This document shows positions 35,601 through 48,761 of a DNA stretch of 64,000 nucleotides, piece by piece. Under the pieces are notes generated by a model that did not search any database, was not told the origin of the DNA, and was given only the letters and a program-made list of their open reading frames with translations. The stretch is taken from assembly GCA_030141605.1 (NCBI GenBank), contig JAQGDQ010000124.1, forward strand, positions 186,001 to 250,000, given 5' to 3'. The position numbers and the translations under genes were made by a program. Positions within the stretch are counted from its first letter, which is position 1, and every line of letters begins with the position of its first letter. This stretch comes from Tubiluchus corallicola (lineage: Eukaryota; Animalia; Priapulida).

Positions 35601-37847
35601 CCTAGTCAGTCTTTGGAGAAAACTACTATAGTGGGCACGCCCTTTCTGCCGGATTTTTATCTTTCAAACAGCAAAAATACAAAGACGGGCAGTTATTACC
35701 TACAACAGATTTAAACAAATCTTTCAACTATGTATATTCAAACATACGCTGTGTTTTCAAGCCCTCGCCATTAAGTCGTAATAATGACCCTCAAAACATA
35801 AACCGATAATGACCGCATGAAAATGGACTGCTGTGCTAGTGAAATTGTGAAAATGACAGGAAATTTAAAGCCGTCTTTTGCTCTCACACACGACCGGAAT
35901 ATCTGGAATAATCTACTAGACAGTTTCAAAGCGGTCTTTCTGAACACTGTACTAGAAATCGTCAGGTTTGTACAAACTAATCGTAAACACATTATGAATG
36001 CTCTTGTGGGCATGCTGAATGTATGAATGGACAATGGAGGATCGACAACACGACCTCTCTCTGACCACCACTTGAAGTGTCAATTATTAAATTAAACGTC
36101 GTGACAAGTTTATCATTACAGTGACAAGTGCAAGCAAAAACTCAGTGCCTGAATAGAATACATTTTATAAAGCAGTTTAAATTAAGAGATGACAAGAAAT
36201 TTGGCCATCGGTCATTTGTATGGGAAGGTGCAAGCGTGGTCAACCAAGGGCAGGCTGACCACCGGCCAGTAATTATGTACAGCAATAATGAGTGTAATTT
36301 GTGAATTAAGTACAACAAAACCGCCGCTGCTTCGTATTCCATACTGATAGACAGTTAAAATATTCTGGTGCATGAATGAACGAAGAAAATTTTATTGAAA
36401 TCTCTTTCCCTGCTTGCAAAGGAAAGCTGAGAGGTAAGACTGGTAACAGCTTGTAATGACAATAATTGAAAAACTGTGCCAGTAGTGTGACTATGCCTAG
36501 CATATGTCGTGTACACGCAAATCCCACCCACTACTAAAAACACCAGACACCCATTGTGCTACATTATGTCACAGATCATAAACTCCAATTACAAACACGA
36601 CATATGCGGCAAGCAGACGTGGCATCCTATCTACCTCTTTGACAACAAATTGCCTTTAGAGATTTAAACATATTCCCCTGGCGATGCTATGCTAGAGCTA
36701 TCTACCTGTAATTCCAGCTAATAAGTTTAACATAATATGTTTAAACACTGCTGATTACACACGCCACCTGGTCATTTACAGACTTTCAAAGCAAAAATTT
36801 CACTGTTCAGTAGCCACCATGCGAAGCAAATCCACTTCTTAAGCACACACTTTGACCATATGCTGACCAGTGAGAACTAACTCCGTCCACTCAACACGCC
36901 TGTTAACTCTTTCACGCTGGAATTTCGCGTTCACAACAGAGAGAAACATTTGCTTACAAATAGGATGAGTAATTTTCCTACAAGGACAAACAGAAATACA
37001 GAAAGATGACACTTGAAAGGGCAGCCACCCTGCACGAAGAGAGCTCTCTGCACACAGACAACGCTAAACAATCCACTCACTGGACATTGTTAGAAAACAC
37101 TGAGGTGTTGATTCTTTTTACCTGAGGCTCCTGTTGATAGTAGATAAACCAACATTCTCACCACTTTGAATTACTTTTCTAGTCGTCATAAACAATAAAG
37201 TAAAACACTACTAAGTATGTACGGTATGGAGTAAATAAGTAAAATAACTAAATCCATTTACTTCATCAGCACTATACTAATCAAGAAATATTACTAAACA
37301 CTATTACACTTACGAAATGAAATAAAATTTCATAAGGAATCTTACAATTAGGTGATTTTCAGGCATTGTATGAAAATAAAAGCTTGTAACACCCTCTTGT
37401 AGGTCTACGGCGTACTCACTAGTCAGCAAACAATCTCAAAAATAGCAAGTAAGTTCAAATGATGCGTACGACTACAAAGCTTCACAAGCAAATGCCTTAT
37501 TTAATTACAAGAGCTCTATAGAATGCTTTTTAATGGCGGCGAAGAATAAACTGACAACTGCTAATTGCTTAAAAGCGTTTAATTTTCCTCCTAATTTCAT
37601 TAAACTTGTGTGGCAGCTGTATGCAAATTAGACTTGCCAGCGCGGCTATAATGAATAAGACTGCACAGGTTTGTAAATCAGTTCACAGCCACCCACAACC
37701 CAACTGGGCAGTGAAAATAATTGATAAATAAAAATATTGCCGTTAAAACCATTATAAAAGTCTAATTAGACTTACTGGAATGAAAAATCACACACATTCA
37801 TTGATTTAATTTGGTTTACATGTATAACTGCTGAAAGATTGAAGAAT

Positions 37848-37862
37848 GAGTGAGAGAGAGAA

Positions 37863-37931
<69 letters not shown>

Positions 37932-37962
37932 AGAGAGAGAGAAAGAAGAGAGAGACAGAGAG

Positions 37963-38023
<61 letters not shown>

Positions 38024-38036
38024 AGCGAACGAGAGA
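37848..38036. repeat. (GA)n polypurine microsatellite
   Basis: About 190 bp of nearly pure GA repeat. Confidence 0.98.
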
Positions 38037-40712
38037 TAAAAGGCGGTACTTCTAAGATGTTTTAGTGATGACAATCACAAGAAACACCTGAAATTTTGAA
38101 CTGACTATATCACAGGCCGGCCGGACAAGTCAATGAGAGGCTCCAGTCGCCATCAATCACGCAAAAGTGATGCTTTTCTCTTTCACTATTCTCTGTTTAT
38201 TGCACCTGCAGGGTTTACCAGATGCTGTCAGGTATAAACACCTAAGACAGATAAAATGCATCCACAGCTGCATATACATAGGCAGAATACCAATACAATA
38301 GTAAGGTGAAATATACAGGATATAAAATATTGATGAATAAAAAAGCTTTATTTATTCTACAAAAAAAAACTAATAAACACAAGAAACAGCAGAAATGCGT
38401 TTTGCAGAGTGAGATAGTTCAGTTCACAATTATTACAGGTAATTAAAATATTATTGTTAAAGCTAAATGTCTTATAATTCCACGATCGTGGGATTGACTA
38501 TTTAGTAGGTCATTTAATAGCACAATGTTCATGTATAAAAATTGTATACAAACCTCTCTTAATAAATATAGGCCTATATTATAAGGCTAATCCACGCATA
38601 TAAATATGTAATTATCTGTCTGTTATATAGCAAAAGAAATTAGCATTCATACAACATACTTGGGTTTATGATAGGTCATAACATAAGAGAACATCGACTG
38701 TTTTTCCGGTGGTTGGCTTTTTCGGCTCCCTAGGCCTCTTCCCTAAGGACTTGACTAGGAAGTGTTAATATTCCGGCGGATTAATAACGTTTAACAAAAT
38801 GAGATTTTTATTATTCTTATCACACTGTGGTGTCTTTGAAATTCAAAAAGTATAAAAGCTAAGCACCCAAACTAGAGCCCATTAAAACCATACTGGCACT
38901 TTATGATGATCGTGAAACTTTACAGATATGAAATGCCTGAAATTTTACAACACTAGTGCCAACTTTATGGTAGCATACTTACGCTGAATAGGCTATAATC
39001 AAACATTATTATAGCCATTATATGTGATAGACAAAGTCTAATATTTTCTTTGACAAAATTCGCTTCCGTTTAAAACCGAAAATTAAAGTTAATGATGTGA
39101 TTATTCGAGCCAAGAGAGTAAGAAGTAGGAAGAGATTTAAACGCTTTTAGTTTGTCAAATGTCTGGCTTTTAAAATGGATACAAATGAGCAAATTTTAGT
39201 AGGAAAACTGTTTAAACATTGCAATACCGCAAAAATTATAGTTAATTTAACACAGTTAACAGAATTAATTCATTGAATGCTGTGGTAATTTGTCAGATGC
39301 TTTTTAACACCACTGACATCTTGCATAATTGTGTTTATTCACGTCATTCTAAACTTTTTGCACGAATTACGAATTTCTATATAAGCGTAACACTGGAACT
39401 AATGACACAGGATAAAGCGGCCATCTTGAATATTTGGGTAAATAATAATGTGACATTTAGCAGGCCCGCCCAGGGTAATTTAGCAATACGTTTTTGTGTT
39501 CTTTTGTATTTTATCAGCAAAGCTAAAGTAAAGTACATAAGCTAAAGCTTATTTTTGTCAATAGAGCACAACAGCATCAATTGTTGAAAACATTAATTAT
39601 GATTAAGCACATAAAACTGCTATGCATAATTGTATAGCTATTCTGTATAGTATTACTACTTAGTTTACATACTGGGCATATGAATTTGAAATACATGTGG
39701 TTCTAGTTTTCAGATCTTTTAAATTTCCGGTCCTATGCCTTTGGTCACTAAACCGCCACTGACATGCAACAGCCTTTTGCAATGAAACCAAAGTGGCACT
39801 AATGCTACTGTCATATAATTTTACTCAGTTTTTACTATATTTCGTTCACATTGTATAAGATAATACTGATTCATATACTCGCTCCTTTTTGCACGTCCTT
39901 ATTACATCAGCCTTAATGTTTTTTGTTATGCTTCAAACGCCTATAATTGTTGTATTTTTAGCCAACTTCTGCTGTATTTTTATCAAGTCAAACTCTACCA
40001 GCTAAACCAAAATAAACTAAACCAAGAAACAATGTTATTCTTCATTTCTCAGGTAAAGCAATCAAAGCAAAATCCAAAATTTAACCTGAAACGTTTTTCG
40101 CAAACTTTACCATCATTACAGGATTTATCGAATTATCATTCATACCACATCTCTTGGACTAAAAATGTGAGAAATGAAATGATAATTTCCATCGCCTCCA
40201 GGGTTTGCAGTATAAAGCTGATTCTCCTCTCTGTTTCTCTAGCTTTTGTTCGATTCTGCATCATCACTACTTTTAGTACTCTTGCACATTCTCATAACAA
40301 GCTGTAAATGCTTTCATGTGCAAATTCAGGCGCACATGCTTGAATATGGAGGACAGCAAACTTTTGCTATTATCTAGAAGAATTTGGGGATCTGAGTTCG
40401 GGAGGATATGCTACCGTGAATTTTTTTTAATTCACGTATACATTATTTTTCAGTCTCCTTTCACATAAAAAAATTATTCCTTAACATAAAAAGGATACGG
40501 GTATCAAACATCATTGTTTGAATATCATTTTACTCGCAATTTATTTATTCATTTTATTTTGAGACACAAATTTATAAGACTACATATATATATAATACAT
40601 ACAGTACGTGTTTACGCCTCACTGTAACTTATAACTTGGGAGCGATAATAGATCCGTACGTATAAGACTACAGAAGTCTGTCACCTAAACCTACAATTTG
40701 TCAAACTTAAAT

Positions 40713-40730
40713 CACACGCGCGCGCGCGCA

Positions 40731-40762
<32 letters not shown>

Positions 40763-40767
40763 CACAC
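40713..40767. repeat. Compound (CG)n-(CACG)n-(CA)n microsatellite
   Basis: 55 bp of uninterrupted purine-pyrimidine alternation. Confidence 0.97.
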
Positions 40768-43700
40768 TCCAGATCAGACACATGTGCGCCTATAGTAAAA
40801 AGTGACTTGAACGTTTTTAAAATGGCCACCGCAAAACGTTTAAATTGCACATAATGTGTGTAGACTTTATACAGCGATGAAGTGCCAACAACAGATTGCA
40901 TGTCTAGTGACAATTATAAAGGTATATAGTTAGGATTTATGTAAGACTTCAGTTGAACCGAGAATGAGTACACAATTTGTGGAGTCAATGACTTGTGTGC
41001 GTAACCAATATTTGGTAGTTAATCACAAAACTTGATGCAATGATGAAAAGTGTGTCTTAGTAAACGTGTACAGCTACTTCAGTAATTATTGACTCAAAAG
41101 TTCACAATACAGGAAAATTATTTTAATAAATCATTTCACCATTCGCACAAATTGCACAGGTGTTGAAAATCTCGCTGACTTCTCTGTTGTGGCAAAGTAG
41201 TAAAAGTTCTACAATGGACGCAGTAAGGAAGATACTACTGCAATTCCGTGCGAGAGAGTACTGATTTCATTTACTTCATTTTTTGAAGTCCTCACGAAAC
41301 CTTGTTCCCAGTTCCCCACCATCCGGGTTTTAGGTGGAGTGGTGACATATAAATACTCGCAATGACAGCGCATGGTTACCAACACCATCATTTATTCATT
41401 TACATAGTCACCGTTGCAGAATTCCCGAGTCTAGTTTCACTAGATGGTTACCAGCCTAACAAAGGAGCCACGACAAAGTAAACGACAATATGATTGAGGC
41501 TGAATGATGTAAAACAAGTTTCCACTTTAGTTCATATCTGTCGTCCGGGTAATGTGAACTGCACGTCAGCACTTCACTCATCTCAATAGTCAGACTTCTC
41601 TTGAGGTGCAGAAGATGCCAGTATGGTTATTAGCGTTTTCAGTACCTTCATGCTTAGTCTCGTTTGTAAGTTGAATGATGCAACTGTTGGTGACAACAAT
41701 GTCGCTGATGACATTGGTGGCAATCAAATCGGCAATTGTAATATTAGGCCGTGGTACAGATTCAGTATTTTTATTTTTAAGTTGACCAATATTATGAATA
41801 AGCATTAGAAGACTGTAGGACACTACGACGCTATAGTACTAACGTAACTCCTTAATGAAAACTAATGTTACTAATTATCTTTATATATATACAAACCTTG
41901 CATTAATTAAAATATACAAAAAAGATGTGCTCCAATGGAAAGATAAAAACCTCACGTTTTCGTAAAATTATTCGTGATACAAAGCAAACATATGTCAACT
42001 AGCAAGTCAACTGTATACCTGCGTGTTATTATAATTTTGGAAATTCAGATTCAGGCTTATCAGTCAACAAAAAATTCAGCAAAATAAGGGTAGGCCTAAT
42101 CCTGTGTACTCTGTGCCTTAGTCTCTGAGGAAGTGAGATTATAGAAAGAGAAAATGGAAACATAAAATAATCCTGCGATTGACAAATTCAATAACCAGCC
42201 TTTACTAATTTTAGCAGCTTGTTCATTATTCCAATGTTCAGCGGTTCACAATGGGTTTCCAGCATAAAATACGCCCAAATTGTTAAACTTTTCTCTACAA
42301 CAATAGATGAGGAAAGACAAAATACTGCAGACAACACTTCACAGAAAAGAAGCTCAGATGTTGATTTTAAGAATAAATAACAGACGGACACAATAGATCC
42401 TCTTCCAAAGAACAACAAATTTCTCCACGGTGCCAAAAATATTTGCTCGCAGCCTGGTGAAGGTTTTGTCAAGCACAACAATGTGGTGGAAACAATGAGA
42501 CAGATTTCGTGTGTGTACCTGACCCGTACCTTGACGGGCAATATCTCGGTTCGTAAATACTAGTGTATTAACACTCGCAGTGGAAGCAAATATGTACTAA
42601 TACGAGTTACAATGGCAGTCAGCATCGTTCTCGAACCGGGTGTCAATATGTATGGCAAGCATAATAGCATTGCGTCTGTGTTTGGTAATTAGTAGATATT
42701 GGCACACGGCAAGGTTTAATGGAATCAAACACGCTCAAGTACATAAAATTAATGCAGGTGATAATAGACAGCACGGATGGCGTTGCTCTAAATTGACTGA
42801 AAGCAGACGTACGTGTCGCCTGCATGATTCACACAATATGAAGCAAAATAAGAACTGTAATGAATGGCAGTTGGTAAAGTAAATACTGTCAATACGAATG
42901 TGGTTATTTAGATACTTGTTAGGTTAGTTGTAAATTTTGCAATAACAAAGTTACAAATAACATCCACCCTACTAAACAACCTAGACGTAAGATAATGTGA
43001 CTCAAACAGTTAAATTTTTGTGTCTGAACCGAAGTTTCTATGTAGTGTGATGGTTGGTATTACCACCGAAATTCATGTTTTTGTCGAATCACAAGTTTCC
43101 CGCTTTTCTCTAATTTTTTTTTCGCATATATTCAGTGAACTAGAAAGACCAAACGTGCAAGACTTTCTTGCTCTGAGATTACCCGAAGATAGTCCACATA
43201 ATAAAGCTTTCCATGAAAATCAATTCAACCATCAAAGAAACCAAAACAAGTTAAATTGCTCATATAGATGGATTTTATAACAGACCTCAGTGGAACATGT
43301 CTAATTCTGAAAGTTACTTCCTCTTGGAAAGTATCTAAACATCACAACGTTTGGCGGCAATCTGTTGGTAGTGAGATATCTTAAAACGGTTGAGCACAAC
43401 ATGCTACTACTAGTTATTATTCAAGGTATTTATTAACAATCACTTTATTAAACATTATCAACTTCAATAGAACTTCAGCTTCAACTTCAATAACAACCTG
43501 AACTCATCCTGATTTTAAGTTACAAACAAAACTTATTCTGTTTAACTTTGTACGTTACAATACGTGATAATTATTATGCAATGTTAATTATATTTTGGAG
43601 GAGGACTCGGTAGCATAATGCTTCGACAATGTTTGTAAGTAAATGTATGTGTCATATATATTCTAAATTGTAAAAAATCTAGAAAAATATTCTAAATAAT

Positions 43701-44340
43701 GTTGTGAAGTATGCTGTAAAAGAACGTACATATAGTTGTGGGAAACTTGCTTACATTATGACGAATTGCTACGCTGAACTGTCAAGAAATTAATGCCCCA
43801 CGACAGCAATCCGTTCTTATTATATATTTACCTGTTTAATTATAATAAATGTGATTTGGTTCTGCTTGGCAGCCCTGCTGCCGGTTTTTGTTTCCAAATT
43901 GCTGACAGTTTTTGTTTTCAAGTGGCCCATCCATCATGTTCATGGCACACGGTTGGCTTTTTCACAGCCTCTGGCCATGGTGACTGTCGCAAAGCCTACA
44001 TGTATACGTGAACAACTGTACGTAATTCATAAGCAACTCAGGGGGGAATAAAATTTAAAATTTAACGAGCTGAACGAAATGATTTACAGGCGAGTAAATG
44101 TGAAGCAGGGACAGTACAATGCGAAGTGAACAATACTACGTGTAGTGTAAATTTTAATATGTAAACAATGTGTTAAATCATTCGTTGAGGTGAAAAGGAG
44201 TTTCAGAAACGTTTCTGTCCGTAACTAAAGCGGCAAGAAAACTGTATATTAGCTTAATATTAAGGCTGCATGGGAGGCGAAAAAAGTTGAGCCACTAAAG
44301 ATACAAAAAGAGGCGAATCACGGAATGCAAAAAAGCAAAG

Positions 44341-44370
44341 ACAGGGAGAGAGATTGAAGAGTGAGTGAGT

Positions 44371-44412
<42 letters not shown>

Positions 44413-44500
44413 GAAAGAGAGAGGAAGAGACAGAAAGAAAGAAAGAGAGAGACTCAGAGAGAGGGCGAGAAAGAGAAAACAGACAGAAGACAGAGGAAAG

Positions 44501-44546
<46 letters not shown>

Positions 44547-44608
44547 AAGAGAAAGAGAGGGAGGGAGGCAAAGAAATCGAGAGAGAGAGAGAGATAGAAA
44601 GAGAGAAG

Positions 44609-44653
<45 letters not shown>

Positions 44654-44664
44654 CAGAGAGAGAG

Positions 44665-44725
<61 letters not shown>

Positions 44726-44731
44726 GGGGGG
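44341..44731. repeat. (GA)n polypurine microsatellite
   Basis: About 390 bp GA-rich tract with several pure (GA)n runs. Confidence 0.98.
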
Positions 44732-47700
44732 AGAAATTATTTTAATAATCTATACGTGTATTATACTGACATGATGAATCGACACAGTGTCCTTGTTTGC
44801 AATGATCATTTGTCATTAAGCTGTCAATTTATTTAATTTCATTCAACGTCCCACATATTAACTTAATGACTTTGAATATTTACGAAATCAAACAATTTGA
44901 CAGCGTAATGGATGACAAAATCCGCTGCGTCCACAAAGCAATAATCAGAAATGTCTCCATAATTTTAGTATAGTAAACATAAACTAAGCATTGACAATAT
45001 ACATTTGCATTTAAATTTATAAGCCAACTTTAGCATGCAAACACAAAGTCAGCGTGTTCTTAATGATAACACTGTATAAAAATATAAAAATCTCGTAAAA
45101 TTAATTTAAAAATATTTATTAAAAAAAATAACGTTTTAGATTCATTGTAAAGTCACGTGTATAAAGTTACAAAGACTATAATTTTTGAACAGGTTTGAAA
45201 ACTTATTTTCATGAATAAATTTTGTATATAAGATGTTAATACTGCATAAAGAAAATACACTATCTGTACAAGAATTGCACAATGTAACTTATGACGTACA
45301 TGGACCTATATACAATTAAACTCAATTAAACTTAATTATACTTTTTCTCAAGCTCTTTTATGTTATCGTGATAAACACCTTGCAATATTCGGGCATATCA
45401 GTCTTAGGTATTACAGAAGAAATTGATTATTGTTATAAATTTTCACATTATGTTATTCCAATAAGTCTTCAAAACAGTCAATGTAATGTCACCTTTTCAA
45501 AAAAATCAAAAGTACACTAGATAAATGATCATTGATGTTACAAATTCAATCAACTTTTCCACGCACAAATCTTTTTCTGAAAAGAGGCAGCCACGTGGTG
45601 TACAATGTCCTAGCCATCATTAGATTTGTTTGATTGCACAATGTTAGATGATTTACAGTGAGACATTGAGATGACCACTCAAGAGAGCGCCTGCAGATAA
45701 AACGCTGTTCAAAATTTAATTAGCGTCAGTAATTTCCTAATTGGCGATCAGTTTACCAGCAGAAGTGCCATTAGTTTCGATTTACTGGCGAGCCGGCGTT
45801 GAGGCTGAAATTAATATTTGATTTGGATAAGTTATCATCAGTCAGCGGAGACGTGGATGTGACATGGACCATCCTTGAAACCGATGAATTATTTACTAAA
45901 CTTATCAGATCACACTGGGCTTAGAACTATTGTAGACAAAACTATAGCCACGCGATGGTTAAACGTGGTGCTTGACCGAAAAAGTGCAAAAGTCGTTGAC
46001 AAATTACACTGAAAAAGAGGAAGGTTCAATTTTCCGTCTGATAAAGTATAAATGTTCATTATTCGTGGTGGCCTGAATTAGGATGGCAAACTTAGTTTTC
46101 AGAAAGCAACGCTGAAAAACGTGTTAAACCCCTTTTCACTCCGTTTTAAACATCTTTTAAGCCTCGAGTTTTCCAATTAAACTCAAGAAGCAAGACTTCA
46201 GGACCTTTTCCTAAACAACAGTAGTTTATAGTAGTAGTTCGGGGGTTTGCAATTTCGAGCAGAAATAATCTATACGATAATTTACGTAAGCCGGAGAAAA
46301 CGTTCTACAAATACATAAATACGAAAAAATGCGGATTAACCGAAACAACAGCAAAGTAACTAGCTAAACTTTTTTAAATCCGCTTTCTACAAGTTTTCTG
46401 CTGCTAAGGGTTGTAAAGCCTACTTGTTCAGGATTGATTTACGTTGTGCCTAAACAGTCCTACGCATTTTTAAAGTTTAGCAGAAGCCATTACAAGCCTT
46501 GCAAATGCAGCCTGACATTGTACACACGTGTTACAATAGTTCCTTTCCGGATTTACAGTAGTATTAAATCGATTCCAGCTTTTATGCTGTCGGTAAAGAC
46601 CTTTGTGCGGGGTAAAGAAAGCTAAAATACAAACCTTTGCTTCAATCAGAAAACTTATAGCATTGCTTGTTTAACCTACACATTGCATTATAAAGCAAAA
46701 TAGTGTTACGAATAAGCCTTCAATACATTTTGCACGCCCTTAGTCACAAACTTCTTGCAAAGAGGCTTTTGCGGCAAAGAACAAGCTTGCCTTTGTGACA
46801 GCGTCTTATCACAGGCATAACAGCAGGAAAGAATTTTAATTTCACAAAACAGATGTCAATAAGGGCTAGAGTAAATAAACGTAGCAATGGCTTCATGCTG
46901 GTTAACAAGCGGTTCACCATAATGAGAGAAGGCGCTTTTTACTACAATATAACCCTTCTAAAATAAACCAACAGGACAGCATTAAAAGACCTTATAGAAA
47001 ATCACTCAAAAAATGGTTTCCTGCCACATAGGATGTTAAAGACGTACATTCATGTCCAATGGTCAATGACAATGGCGACCAATGGTCCAGACCATGCGAA
47101 TATCCGATTCATCCGACGTCATATTCGTACCCATTCCATTCATGCGGCGATGATCACAAGAAAAAGATGTATTATTATATGTAACTATCGATACATGCTT
47201 ATTTACACGCCCTAAGCATTTAGTATTGGCCAATGTCAGAGCAAAGCCAGACGTTTAGAGTCCAGTTTTGTTACCCTGACATTGAAATAGACGAAGACAG
47301 ACGATTTAAACAACATGAAATTGCAATGCTGATAATTGTGGCTAACAGTCTTTTTGGGTCTTTCAATGGTGTACGAACACCAAACAGAAAGAACATGGCA
47401 TCTTTAATCAGTTTGAGCACTCAGAATATTTGGAAACATCCAGTGCTGAAAAATGTACATGGCTTCTTAATAGCACGCATGCATTCATGAGCCACTGAGC
47501 ATAGCAACGAAAGGGGCAAACATGTGGCACATTAAACTCCAAATGGAATGCACGCTCCCCTCATATTCCAAAGCAGCCGCATTATTCTGAAGCTACAACA
47601 GGAAACGCATAAGATCAGCATTGCAAATTTGTCCAATTATATCCATCTCATTAGTACTATGATATATTATGCATTCACAAATTTCATATACAATACCAGG

Positions 47701-48224
47701 GAGGGTTGAACACAGCACCACCCACTGGCGAGGGGTAAACACATGGGCTCACCGGAGGGATTCTATGATCCTTCAGACTCCCGCCAGCTTTTAAAGACGG
47801 ATAGGTATAAATCTGGCGGGATGATGCGAGTTCCATATGCACGCCAGATGAAAATCATGTACTCGAACAAGTTTAAACGCTAGCTGCAATTAATATCCAC
47901 AAAAGAGACGATGGATAGCCATGAATGTCGCTCGGTCAGTGATCATGTTTGCTGCAAGATTCATCATCCGCGTTAATCCGCGGATTCTCAAGTCAGAAAC
48001 TTTCAACTCGCGTTCATTTATTTCACTGCTGCGTTAGTCTTTGCTGCCACAGTCAGCAAATGACGAACAGGCAAGTGAGGAAAAACATGGGAACTACATA
48101 ATTTAAATGACCCGTTTTCTTCTACGTGGCCCACACGTTTAAAAGAACATGCAAGCGCAGATATGGGAAAATGGCTGAACATGGAGCTGATATGATTCCA
48201 CGGCCCAACTCAGTCGACCCATAA

Positions 48225-48761
48225 TCTGTCTGTCTGTCGGTCAGTCTGTGCGCCCTATAAATTTTTAGGAGACTGCTGATCGGATTGCAACCAAAGTTAT
48301 GCAGCATGTGGGATCTGCACTCCTGTTTGTGCAGTAAGAAATATGGCTCCCATGGTGAGAACGGTTTCCTAGCAAAAAACTTCTAAAATTGGCATTCTTC
48401 TGGCTTCAAAATCCATCTCGTCCTCAACTTCCGAGGCAGCAAAGACGAAACCCGGTACTGTGCAATAATTATCTAAAAGATGTCTGAGCCGAAGTTAGGA
48501 ATTTTTATCTGTCTGTATGCCCGTGTTTCTCTGTGTATCCTCGCCTTTTTTCAGGAGTGCTAATCCGACTGTAATAAAACTTGCAAAACTGGTGAGGTCT
48601 GAGCTAGAAATTTGTTTGTCATGGTTGCCTAGCAATCACCGAAAAACTTCTAAAACTGGTACTTTTTGGCTTCCGAGTTTACCACTTATAAAACTGCGAG
48701 GTAATGGAGATGAAACTCGGTGCTGTGGTACCCGCGATAATTATCTAAGGATGTGAGAGCC
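48225..48761 (+). mobile_element. Two diverged tandem ~260-bp units resembling DINE-1/Helentron-type non-autonomous elements
   Basis: Units 48225-48490 and 48508-48761 each start with (TCTG)n. They share, in order, GCT(G/A)ATC(G/C)GA..., CCTAGCAA, AAAAACTTCTAAAA(T/C)TGG, TGGCTTC, GAAAC(C/T)CGGT(A/G)CTGTG and ATAATTATCTAA...GATGT..GAGCC. The family assignment is inference. Confidence 0.55.

Noticed and set aside
37772-44836. ER/RE-rich and SL-rich ORFs
   Set aside because: Artefacts of the (GA)n microsatellites.
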